A stretch of 64,000 nt of DNA, from the NCBI GenBank assembly GCA_965223415.1, contig OZ245002.1, positions 416,001 to 480,000 on the forward strand, read 5' to 3'. How positions within the stretch are numbered: the first letter of the stretch is position 1; every line of letters starts with the position of its first letter. A program made the position numbers and the translations under genes. Origin of the DNA: Myxococcota bacterium. GTDB taxonomy: Bacteria; Myxococcota_A; UBA9160; UBA6930. Shown one piece after another: positions 1 through 8,338 of this stretch. The notes under the pieces were generated by a model. It worked only from the letters and a program-made list of their open reading frames with translations. It was not told where the DNA came from and did not search any database.

Positions 1-520
1 GCACGAGCGGCGCGCGGTAGCGGTCCGGCAAGGCGTCGATGGCGGCCGAGAGCAGCCGGCGCTCCTCCTCCCCCAGGGCCAGGGCGAGGGGTGAAGGCCC
101 GCGCGCCGCCCGCCCGTCCGGGTCGAGATCCTCGGCGCTGAAGAGCCGGCCCTCCACCTGCCGGCGGCGCAGGCGATCGATGCAGTGATGGGAGGCGATG
201 CCCAGGAGCCAGCGCCGGAAGGGCCGCTCGGCGTCGTAGCTCCCGAGGGCGGTCTGGACCCGGAGGAAGACCTCGGCGCGAGCATCCTCCGCCTCGACCG
301 GCGAGCGGAGCAGGCGCCCGCACAGGCGGGCGACGTCGTCCTGGAACTCCTGGTACAGGTCGGCCAGGGCCGAGCGGTCGCCGAGCTGGGCGCGCCGGAG
401 CCGCTGCTCCAGGCTCTCCGGCCCTCCGGTGGCCCCGGAGGCGTCCGGCTCGCGATTCCGGGACGGGCCGGTCTCGCTGGCTGCGCCACGCTCAGTCACG
501 GCGACTGGAGCTTGGGGCAT
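1..520 (-). CDS. ECF RNA polymerase sigma factor (3' end runs off window; absent from ORF track)
   Basis: Manual translation: ...AQLGDRSALADLYQEFQDDVARLCGRLLRSPVEAEDARAEVFLRV...FRRWLLGIASHHCIDRLRRR...AIDALPDRYRAPLV, matching sigma70 region 2 and the start of region 4. Start ambiguous (ATG 520 or GTG 499). Confidence 0.85.
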   Translation of the reverse strand, partial: MPQAPVAVTERGAASETGPSRNREPDASGATGGPESLEQRLRRAQLGDRSALADLYQEFQDDVARLCGRLLRSPVEAEDARAEVFLRVQTALGSYDAERPFRRWLLGIASHHCIDRLRRRQVEGRLFSAEDLDPDGRAARGPSPLALALGEEERRLLSAAIDALPDRYRAPLV

Positions 521-619
521 GGGAAGCGCGAAGGCCATCACCCCTTCTACGAGCCGGGCGCGGAGGATCTTTCGACGAATCGTCCAGGGGCAGCGAGGAG
601 CAAGCTGTGGCGGGAAGCC

Positions 620-1093
620 TCAGCCCTCGGCCAGGACCGCCACCAGGTCCAGGGAGCTGACCACCCCGGCCAGGGCGCCTTTCTCGACCACCAGCACCCG
701 GTGGATGCGCTGGTCCGTCATCAGCCGGGCGATCTCCCGGATGGGGGCGTCGGCCTCCACCGCCAGCACGTCGCGGGTCATGATCTCCCGCACCCGGGTC
801 TTCTCGAGGAGCTCGAAGGCATCATGGGTGGGATCGCCCCGCGGGAGCTCGTCGTCCGCCATCTGCGGATCCGTTGCGTAGAAGGCCGAGGCCGCGGCCT
901 CGCGACTTCGCTCCCGCGACACGAAGCGGTCGATGTCCCGGCGGGACACCACGCCCACGATGGTGCCGCCGTCCACGACCGGGGCCCCGGAGATGCGCGC
1001 GTCGTAGAGCACGCGCTCCAGCTCCACGAGCGTGACGCTCGACGGGACGGAGACGACCTGGGAGGACATGATGTCGCGGGCGGTGCGGTTCAT
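620..1093 (-). CDS. CBS domain pair protein
   Basis: TARDIMS...ISGAPVVDGGTIVGVVSRRD and VREIMT...IHRVLVVEKGALAGVVSSLDL. Confidence 0.9.
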   Translation of the reverse strand: MNRTARDIMSSQVVSVPSSVTLVELERVLYDARISGAPVVDGGTIVGVVSRRDIDRFVSRERSREAAASAFYATDPQMADDELPRGDPTHDAFELLEKTRVREIMTRDVLAVEADAPIREIARLMTDQRIHRVLVVEKGALAGVVSSLDLVAVLAEG

Positions 1094-1119
1094 GGGCGCC
1101 TCTGGTGCAACATCCATTC

Positions 1120-2358
1120 CTAGCTGTATCGCGCCTGCTTGCCCCGGGACGCTCCGTGGCTCTTCACCGCATCGCGGAGATCGGCGAGGAATTCGTCCAC
1201 CACGCTCCGGTGCTTCGGGCTGATCATCAGGTGGAGGGCGTCCGGGCCGTGCTGGCGGTCGATGCACCAGCCCCGGTCGTCCATCACGTCGCCGATCGCG
1301 AAGAGATCCGCATCGGCGCCCGGAGCCGTCGTAAAGGCGAACACGCTCATGATCGGCTGGCCCACCACGGTGAGCTCCGGGATCGCCTCGATGCCCTCGC
1401 GGAAGGCCCGGACCGCCTCGCGGATCTCGCCGGCCAGCCGCACGTAGCCTTCCTCGCCGAGGTAGTGGAGGATCGCCCAGGCCGCGGCGATCGGGGCCGC
1501 CGGCCGTGCCCCGGCCATGGCGAAGGAGAGATACAGGCCGCCGGGCCAACGGTCGTACAGGAAGCGCTGGTACTTCTTCAGGTGCTCGCCATCCCGGTGC
1601 GTCACGACGGAGGCGCCCTTCGTGGCATAGCCGTACTTGTGCACGTCGGCGGAGATGGTCGTCACCCCGGGCACGCGGAAGTCGAAGGGCGGCACGGGCT
1701 CGCCGAGCCTCTCGTAGAAGGGAAGCAGGAAGCCGCCAAGACAGGCGTCGGTGTGGAAGGAGATGCCGCGCTCGGCAGCCATGCCGGCCATCTCGGGAAT
1801 CGGGTCCGCGGTGCCGAACGGGTAGTTCGGGCAGGAGCCGACGATCAGCGCCGTGCGCTCGCCGATGAGCTTTTCGGTCTCCCGCAGGTCCGCCCGATAG
1901 TCGGCGTCGATCGGGATCTGGACGTGCTCCAGGCCCAGGTAGTGAGCGGCCTTGCCGAAGGCCGGGTGCGCGGAGACCGGCGCCAGGAGTTGGGGCTCGG
2001 TGACGCCGCGCTCGGCCTTGGCGCGGTCCCGGGCCGCCTTCACCGCCATGATGATGCTCTCGGTCCCGCCGGAGGTCATGCAGCCCGCCGCCTCCTCCGG
2101 CGCGTGCAGCAGCCCCTTCGTGATGTCGACGACCTCGACCTCCATCTGACTAAGGCTCGGGAAGCGAAGCGGATTGAGCGCGTTCTCGTAGAGGTAGAGG
2201 TTGTTGGCATCCGAGAGCACCTCGTCGACCTCGTCTCCGGCGGGGTAGACGAGGCTGAAGGTGCGTGCGCCGTGCCAGTCGGCATCCTGGGCCTTGCGCT
2301 TCCGCATCGTCGCCAGCAGCGCTTCGCGATCGGTTCCCTGCTTCGGGAGGGTGGTCAT
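1120..2358 (-). CDS. PLP-dependent sphingosine-1-phosphate lyase-like / group II decarboxylase family protein
   Basis: MTSGGTESI, HTDACLGGFLLPF, FDFRVPGVTTISADVHKYGY (PLP lysine); ATGA overlap with upstream gene. Confidence 0.85.
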   Translation of the reverse strand: MTTLPKQGTDREALLATMRKRKAQDADWHGARTFSLVYPAGDEVDEVLSDANNLYLYENALNPLRFPSLSQMEVEVVDITKGLLHAPEEAAGCMTSGGTESIIMAVKAARDRAKAERGVTEPQLLAPVSAHPAFGKAAHYLGLEHVQIPIDADYRADLRETEKLIGERTALIVGSCPNYPFGTADPIPEMAGMAAERGISFHTDACLGGFLLPFYERLGEPVPPFDFRVPGVTTISADVHKYGYATKGASVVTHRDGEHLKKYQRFLYDRWPGGLYLSFAMAGARPAAPIAAAWAILHYLGEEGYVRLAGEIREAVRAFREGIEAIPELTVVGQPIMSVFAFTTAPGADADLFAIGDVMDDRGWCIDRQHGPDALHLMISPKHRSVVDEFLADLRDAVKSHGASRGKQARYS

Positions 2359-3134
2359 GATGAGGTGGCCTCCGGTGTCGGGCGCCGCACGGGCACCCAG
2401 CGGTTCGGGGTGAAGCCGGTCGAGCCATCGACGGTTCCGGCCGGGCTGTAGTGGTAGACCATGGCGGCGCGGATGCCCTCCGAGCCGTTGTCCGTCGAGC
2501 GGTGCATCAGGTGGCTGTCGAACAGCAGGAGGTCGCCGGGATCCATCAGCACCGGCACCGCCGCGCTCATGTCGTGGTCCACGATTTCCACGTAGCCGAA
2601 CTGGGCGTGCTCGCGGCGATCGGGCACGTGAGCGTGGACCGGCTCGCGGTGGGAGCCTGGCAGCACCCAGAGCGGACCGTTGTCGCGGGTCGCTTCCGTG
2701 ACGGCGACCCACACCCCGACCTGACGCTGCGGCTCGAACGGAAAGTAGTAGGCATCCTGGTGCCAGGGCTGCCCGAGGGCGCCCGGGTTCTTGAAGATGA
2801 ACTGGGAGAGGAAGCAGTCGAGGGCGGGGCCCAGCAGGCTCTCCACCCGATCGAGGAGCGCCGAGCCGCGCGAGAAGGGCGCGAACACCGGATCGTCGGC
2901 GTGCAGGCGGAAGATCTTCCCGACCGCATCCTCGGGCCGCTCCGCCCCGGCCCGGAGGGCGGGCTCGGGCATGACGAAGGCCTCGCCTTCCGCCCCGCCG
3001 GCCGCGCGATCCCGGGCGATCGCCACGGCGCGGGCGAGCATCGCCTCGGGCTCCGCGGTGGCGGCGAAGCCGGGGAGGACCACGAAGCCGTCCCGCTCCC
3101 AGTCCTCGAGCTGCTCGGGGGTGAGGCCCGCCAC
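2355..3134 (-). CDS. Phytanoyl-CoA dioxygenase (PhyH) family Fe(II)/2OG oxygenase
   Basis: WERDGFVVL, PWHQD, NGPLWVLPGSH, HRS...R motifs; GTG start inferred from TACGCT 6 nt upstream. Confidence 0.9.
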   Translation of the reverse strand: MAGLTPEQLEDWERDGFVVLPGFAATAEPEAMLARAVAIARDRAAGGAEGEAFVMPEPALRAGAERPEDAVGKIFRLHADDPVFAPFSRGSALLDRVESLLGPALDCFLSQFIFKNPGALGQPWHQDAYYFPFEPQRQVGVWVAVTEATRDNGPLWVLPGSHREPVHAHVPDRREHAQFGYVEIVDHDMSAAVPVLMDPGDLLLFDSHLMHRSTDNGSEGIRAAMVYHYSPAGTVDGSTGFTPNRWVPVRRPTPEATSS

Positions 3135-3190
3135 GCCGGCAGCGTACCACCGGTGGGAACGGACCATGGGGACCGCGTACCCTCGGCGCC

Positions 3191-3853
3191 ATGACCGACC
3201 TCGACGACGCCTGGCTCTCCCGGGACCCGCTGCCCGACGATCCGCTGCCCCTGCTGGCCACCTGGCTCGAGCAGGCCTTCGCCGACGGCCGCCAGCCGAA
3301 CCCCCACGCCATCGCCCTCGCCACGGTCCGGGAGGACGGGCGACCCGCCGTGCGCATGGTGCTCTGTCAGGCGGTCGAGGCCGAGGACGGTGCCCTCGTC
3401 TTCTATACCCACCGGCAGAGCTGCAAGGGCCGGGAGCTCGCCGGCCTCCCCTACGCGGCGGCCTGCTTCTCCTTCGGGCCGATGGGGAGGCAGGCCCGGG
3501 TGTCCGGGCCGGTCGCCTGGACCCTCGACGCCGAGTCCGACGCCTACTTCGCCACCCGGCCGGTGGAGAGCCAGGTCGGAGCCTGGGCCAGCCAGCAGAG
3601 CGCACCGATCGACTCCCGGGGCGCCCTCGAGGCGCGGGTCGAAGCGGAGGCGGCGCGCCTCGGCGTCCCCTCCCGGGGCGATGCCCCTTCCGATCGGGTG
3701 CCCCGGCCGGCCGCGTGGGGTGGCTACCGGCTTCGGGCCGAACGGGTGGAGCTGTGGCACTCGCGACCCGGCCGCATCCACGATCGGGCGGAGTGGCGGC
3801 GCAGCCTCGAGCCCGGCCCGCGGCCTTGGTGCGTCGAGCGGCTGCAGCCGTAG
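3191..3853 (+). CDS. pdxH: Pyridoxine/pyridoxamine 5'-phosphate oxidase
   Basis: LATV..DGRPAVRMVL, SDAYFATRP, AWASQQS, WGGYRL, ELW...RIHDR. Confidence 0.95.
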   Translation: MTDLDDAWLSRDPLPDDPLPLLATWLEQAFADGRQPNPHAIALATVREDGRPAVRMVLCQAVEAEDGALVFYTHRQSCKGRELAGLPYAAACFSFGPMGRQARVSGPVAWTLDAESDAYFATRPVESQVGAWASQQSAPIDSRGALEARVEAEAARLGVPSRGDAPSDRVPRPAAWGGYRLRAERVELWHSRPGRIHDRAEWRRSLEPGPRPWCVERLQP

Positions 3854-3873
3854 GGCGGGCCCCCAGAACGGAA

Positions 3874-3905
3874 AGGCCCGAAGACGCTTGCGCGGCTCCG
3901 GGCCT
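3874..3905 (-). terminator. Putative intrinsic terminator
   Basis: Stem AGGCCCG (3874-3880) / CGGGCCT (3899-3905), followed on the minus strand by TTCCGTTCT. Confidence 0.5.
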
Positions 3906-3990
3906 CCCTGGGAAGGGGATATTTGGCTTTCACGGGTTATGTGGCGCGATCGGCCTGCTCGTGTCAGCCAAAGTCGAGAAAGTTGAAAAG

Positions 3991-4017
3991 TTCCCGAGGA
4001 CCAATCCCCTCGGGGAA
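3991..4017 (-). terminator. Putative terminator of the ECF sigma operon
   Basis: CCCGAGG/CCTCGGG stem just after the stop at 4023, followed by CTTTTC on the minus strand. Confidence 0.55.
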
Positions 4018-4022
4018 GCGAA

Positions 4023-4460
4023 TCATCGAGTGAGCTCGAAGGCCACGACGAGCTTGCCGTCCTTCCAGCCCCAGCCCCCGAAGATCAGGGGCTTCCTCCC
4101 CCGGACCCGGAAGTCGCCCTGGGTGGTCCCGGCGTCGATCGCGACGAGCACGCCGGGGCCCACCGGATCGATCGGCCGGAAGCGGAAGGCGCCGCCGTTG
4201 GGAAGCGTCACGCTGCCCATCTCGTTCGCCGCGACCCGCAGCCGGCGGCTCTTCACCACCCTCAGGCCCTCGTAGCGAACCTGCGGGCGGAGCAGCCGGT
4301 CGTAGCGCTGGGCGCCCTTGCCGACCTTCCCTTCCGGCGTGGCGTGGAGCACCGTCACCTGGAAGGCAAAGACCTCGCCCTCGGCCGATGCGTTGCCGGC
4401 CGTCAGCACGGTGGCTGCCAGGAGGGCGAGGGCGAGGCCCCAGCGGCTAGGAGACGGCAC
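4023..4460 (-). CDS. Hypothetical exported protein (third gene of ECF/anti-sigma module)
   Basis: GTG start, signal-peptide-like RWGLALALLAATVLTAGNASA, beta-rich mature part. Confidence 0.7.
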   Translation of the reverse strand: MPSPSRWGLALALLAATVLTAGNASAEGEVFAFQVTVLHATPEGKVGKGAQRYDRLLRPQVRYEGLRVVKSRRLRVAANEMGSVTLPNGGAFRFRPIDPVGPGVLVAIDAGTTQGDFRVRGRKPLIFGGWGWKDGKLVVAFELTR

Positions 4461-4947
4461 GGTCGTTCCTCCTCGAGACCTGGTCGGCGTTGTCCAGGAT
4501 CCAGATGATCGTGGCCTCGCCGTCATCCTGGAGCACGGCCGCCGACCGCTCTCCGGTGTCGAGCCAGCGCACGGAGCGCGGGTCGGGAGCATCGCCCCAA
4601 TCCAGACCCACGGCCAACACCAGGGCCGTCGCCGCCGCGAGGGCGCCCGCCGGCAGCCAGCGGCTCGGGGCGAGCCAGGGCGAAGCGGTCTCTTCCGCCG
4701 GCGCCGGGGCGCGCTGCGGCATCCGCGCGTGGATGCCGGGCCACAGGTCCGGCGTCGGGGCGAGGGCTTCCTCCTCGCGCAGCAGCTCGGCCAGGCTGGC
4801 GAGCCCCGCCAGCTCCGCCCGGGCCCGGGCGTCCCGCGCCAGCCAACGGCGCACGCGCCAGCGGGCCAGGGGGCCGAGCTCACCGTCGTGATAGGCGGCC
4901 AGCTGCTGCTGATGATGTTCGTCCAGGGTGGTGGTTTCGGGCGTCAT
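4447..4947 (-). CDS. Membrane-anchored anti-sigma factor
   Basis: LAAYHDGEL...VRRWLARD (zf-HC2-like without Cys), one TM segment, coupled to the ECF sigma stop. Confidence 0.8.
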   Translation of the reverse strand: MTPETTTLDEHHQQQLAAYHDGELGPLARWRVRRWLARDARARAELAGLASLAELLREEEALAPTPDLWPGIHARMPQRAPAPAEETASPWLAPSRWLPAGALAAATALVLAVGLDWGDAPDPRSVRWLDTGERSAAVLQDDGEATIIWILDNADQVSRRNDRAVS

Positions 4948-5573
4948 CACGGATCTCCCGGCGATGGGGCGTTCGGCGCGGCGCCGACCTCGAGGAGGAA
5001 GCTCTGGAGCTGTTTGCGGGCGTAGTGGAGGCGACTCATGACCGTGCCCTTCGGGATCTCGAGGGCCTTGGCGATCTCGGCGTAGGAGAGGCCTTCGACC
5101 TCCCGCAGCACCAGGGTCTCCCGGGCCGCCTCCGGGAGGCGCTCGATCGCCCGGGCCAGCTGACCCCGCAGCTGCTTGCGGGCGACCTCCGCGGCCGGCG
5201 CGAAGGCGACACCGTCGACCTCCACCGGCGGCTCCTCGGCCAGCGCCGACTCGACGGCGCCGCCTTCCTCCCACTCCACGTGGCGGTCGGATTTGTCGCG
5301 GCGTTTGGCGTCGAGGCACTGGTTCATCACGAGTCGGTACAGCCAGGTGTAGAACCTGGAGCGGCCCTCGAACTTCGGGAGCGCGTTCCAGGCCTTGAGG
5401 AAGGCGTCCTGCACCGCGTCCCGGGCCGCGTCCTCGTCCCGCAGCACCCGCAGGGCCAGCCGGTAGGCTCGGCCCTGGTAGCGCTCGACGAGCACCCGGT
5501 AGGCGTCGGCGTCCCCCGCCTTGGCCCGGCGGATCGCCTCGTCATCGGGCGGCCCGACGGAGTCGGCGGTCAC
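4947..5573 (-). CDS. ECF RNA polymerase sigma factor (RpoE-like)
   Basis: AKAGDADAYRVLVERYQ, DAVQDAFLKAW, FYTWLYR, EGLSYAEIAKALEIPKGTVMSRLHYAR. Confidence 0.95.
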   Translation of the reverse strand: MTADSVGPPDDEAIRRAKAGDADAYRVLVERYQGRAYRLALRVLRDEDAARDAVQDAFLKAWNALPKFEGRSRFYTWLYRLVMNQCLDAKRRDKSDRHVEWEEGGAVESALAEEPPVEVDGVAFAPAAEVARKQLRGQLARAIERLPEAARETLVLREVEGLSYAEIAKALEIPKGTVMSRLHYARKQLQSFLLEVGAAPNAPSPGDP

Positions 5574-5643
5574 AGGATCTTCCTCATCGGTCCGGGTGTG
5601 GGACGCAGCGCGGGAGCCGGGTATTCGGTGCGCCGAGGCGGGC

Positions 5644-8310
5644 TCAATGGGCGTCCCGCCAGTGCGCTCCGGACCCGACGTCCACGACCAACGGAACGTC
5701 CAGGGCGTAGACCCCCTCCATCACCCCGCGAACGGCCTCGGCGAGCCCATCGGCCTCCCCGGCCGGGGCGTCGAAGACGAGCTCGTCGTGCACCTGCAGG
5801 ATCATGCGCGCGCCGAAGCCCTCGGCGCGCAGCGTGTCGGCCACCTCGATCATGGCCTTCTTGATCAGGTCGGCCGCCGTGCCCTGGATGACCGTGTTCA
5901 CGGCCATGCGTTCCGCGGCCATGCGCAGCCCCCGGTTGCGGGAGGCCAGGTCGGGCAGGTACCGCCGCCGGCCGAGCAGGGTGCGCACGAAGCCGTCCTG
6001 CTTGGCGGCGGCCTTGGTGTCGTCGAGGAAGCGGCGCACGCCCTGGTACTGAGCGAAGTAGCGGTCGATCGTCTCCTGGGCCTCACCCTGGGCGATGCCC
6101 AGCTGGCCCGCGATGCCGAAGGCGCTCGACCCGTAGATGATCCCGAAGTTGATCGCCTTCGCGGCGTCGCGCTGCTCGTCGGTCACGTCCTCGGGATCGA
6201 TCCCGCCGACCTCTGCCGCCGTGCGCCGGTGGATGTCGTCCCCGGAACGGAACGCCTCGATCAGGCTGGCGTCGCCGGAGAAGTGCGCCATCACCCGCAG
6301 CTCCACCTGGCTGTAGTCGGCGGAGACCAGCACGTTGCCCTCGGCGGGCACGAAGGCCTCGCGGATGCGGATGCCCTGGGCGGTGCGGATCGGGATGTTC
6401 TGGACGTTCGGGTTCGTGGACGAGAGCCGTCCGGTCGCGGCGCCCGTCTGGTTGAAGGTGGGATGGATGCGCCCGGTGGCCTCGTGCACCAGCGGCGGCA
6501 GGGCGTCCACGTAGGTGCTCTTCAGCTTGGCCAGGCGGCGGTAGGCGAGGATCTCGCCGGGCAGGTCGTGCTGGGCCGCGAGCTGCTCGAGCACGCCCTC
6601 GTCGGTCGAGAAGCCGGTCTTCGTCTTCTTGATCGGCGGCAGCCTGAGCTTGTCGAAGAGGATCACCTGGAGCTGCTTCGGCGAGCCGATCGTGAACTCC
6701 TCACCGGCCAGCTCGTAGATCCTTCCCTCGATGCGGGAGAGCTCGCTCTCGTACTCGAGGGAGAGCTCGGCGAGCTTCGCCTCGTCGACGCGCACGCCGG
6801 CCCGCTCCATGTCGGACAGCACCGCGGTGAGGGGCAGCTCGACGTCGTCGAAGAGGCCGCCCAGCGCGTCCTTCTCGAGCCGCACCCGGAGCGGCCCTTC
6901 GAGATCGCGCAGGGCCGAGGCCTCTTCCCCGGCCCAGGGCCCGGCCACGTCGATCGCGAGCTCGTGGGGCGGCGTGGCCTTGGCGCCGCGGCCCGCGATG
7001 TCCTCGAAGCTGCGCACCTTGCGACCGAGCGCGCCCTGCGCGAGGGCGGAAGTCGTGCGGTGGGCGGCCGGATCGAGCAGGAAGCCCGCCAGCTCGGCGT
7101 CGAAGTGCGGCGGCGGCAGGGCGTGGCCGGCCTCGGCGAAGACGGTCTGCAGGCGTTTCGTGTCGCGGCCGCCCCACGGCTTCGCCTTCTTTCCGGTGAC
7201 GTGGGCGGCAATTGCCTCCAGGGCCTCGGGCCAGGTGAGCTCGCAGGGGAACAGGCTGGCATGGCCCGGCGGCAGGTAGGCGGCGGCGGCGGCGGCGCAC
7301 GCCAGGGCCAGGCCCGCGGGCTCGCCGACCAGGCCGGTGGTCGGGTCGCCGCCGACCAGCGCCAGGGTGAGGCCGCCCGGGCCCGCCTTCGCGAGCCATG
7401 CCTCGAGCGCCTTCGCCGTGGTCAGGACGTCGGTCGCGGTCTCGGCCTGGGGCTCGGCGGGCGCGCCGCCCTCCAGATCCTCGAGCAGCCGCGTGAACTC
7501 CATGCGCTGGTAGAGGGCGCGGAGAGCCTCCGTGTCCGGCTCCGGGAGGCCGAGCTCGGCGGGCCCCAGGGGCAGGGGCACGTCGCTGCGCAGGGTGGCC
7601 AGCTGCTTCGACAGCCGCGCCTCTTCCGCCTGGCTCTCCAGGCCTTCGCGCGCCTTCTTCCCCTTCACCTCGACGGCGTGCTCGAGCAGGGTCTCGAGGT
7701 CGCCCCACTCGCCGATCAGCTTGGCGGCGCCCTTCTCGCCGATGCCCTTCACGCCGGGGATGTTGTCGGAGGGGTCGCCGACGAGCGCCCGCAGGTCGAG
7801 GAGCTGCTCCGGCGGCACCCCGAAGCGCGCCTCCACCTCCGCGGGACCGATGCGCTTGTCCTTCATCGTGTCGAGGAGCACCACCCGATCACTGACCAGC
7901 TGCATCAGGTCCTTGTCCGTGGAGACGATCACCACTTCGGTCTCGCCCGGTGTGTTCGCGACCAGGGTGGCGATGACGTCGTCCGCCTCGAAGCCCTCCA
8001 CCTCGAGGACCGGAATCGCCAGGGCGTCGATCAGCTCCCGGGCGACGGGGATCTGGGCCGACAGGTCCTCGGGCTGGGCGTCCCGGTTCGCCTTGTAGGC
8101 GGGGTAGATCTCCTTGCGAAAGCTGCCGCCGCGGGGATCCATCGCGATGACGATGCCGTCGGGGGCCTCCTCCCGGAGCACCTTCAGGACCATGTTCGCG
8201 AAGCCGTAGACCGCGTTGGTCGGGAAGCCGTCGGCGTTGCGAAGCGGCGGCACTCCGAAGAACGCGCGGTAGAGCGTGTTCGCCGCGTCGATCACGACCA
8301 GTCGGGGCAC
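5644..8310 (-). CDS. polA: DNA polymerase I
   Basis: 5'-3' exonuclease (PTNAVYGF, GFEADDVIATL, GDPSDNIPGVKGIG) and polymerase motifs (TGRLSS, ADYSQVELR, AKAINFGIIYG, LQVHDELVF). Confidence 0.98.
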   Translation of the reverse strand: MPRLVVIDAANTLYRAFFGVPPLRNADGFPTNAVYGFANMVLKVLREEAPDGIVIAMDPRGGSFRKEIYPAYKANRDAQPEDLSAQIPVARELIDALAIPVLEVEGFEADDVIATLVANTPGETEVVIVSTDKDLMQLVSDRVVLLDTMKDKRIGPAEVEARFGVPPEQLLDLRALVGDPSDNIPGVKGIGEKGAAKLIGEWGDLETLLEHAVEVKGKKAREGLESQAEEARLSKQLATLRSDVPLPLGPAELGLPEPDTEALRALYQRMEFTRLLEDLEGGAPAEPQAETATDVLTTAKALEAWLAKAGPGGLTLALVGGDPTTGLVGEPAGLALACAAAAAAYLPPGHASLFPCELTWPEALEAIAAHVTGKKAKPWGGRDTKRLQTVFAEAGHALPPPHFDAELAGFLLDPAAHRTTSALAQGALGRKVRSFEDIAGRGAKATPPHELAIDVAGPWAGEEASALRDLEGPLRVRLEKDALGGLFDDVELPLTAVLSDMERAGVRVDEAKLAELSLEYESELSRIEGRIYELAGEEFTIGSPKQLQVILFDKLRLPPIKKTKTGFSTDEGVLEQLAAQHDLPGEILAYRRLAKLKSTYVDALPPLVHEATGRIHPTFNQTGAATGRLSSTNPNVQNIPIRTAQGIRIREAFVPAEGNVLVSADYSQVELRVMAHFSGDASLIEAFRSGDDIHRRTAAEVGGIDPEDVTDEQRDAAKAINFGIIYGSSAFGIAGQLGIAQGEAQETIDRYFAQYQGVRRFLDDTKAAAKQDGFVRTLLGRRRYLPDLASRNRGLRMAAERMAVNTVIQGTAADLIKKAMIEVADTLRAEGFGARMILQVHDELVFDAPAGEADGLAEAVRGVMEGVYALDVPLVVDVGSGAHWRDAH

Positions 8311-8338
8311 GTCGGCACGGTAGCAGAGGCGGGGCTAG

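Noticed and set aside
3900..4020. 6S RNA
   Set aside because: The rod-with-bubble pairing is too short, and its outer arm is better explained as a terminator hairpin.
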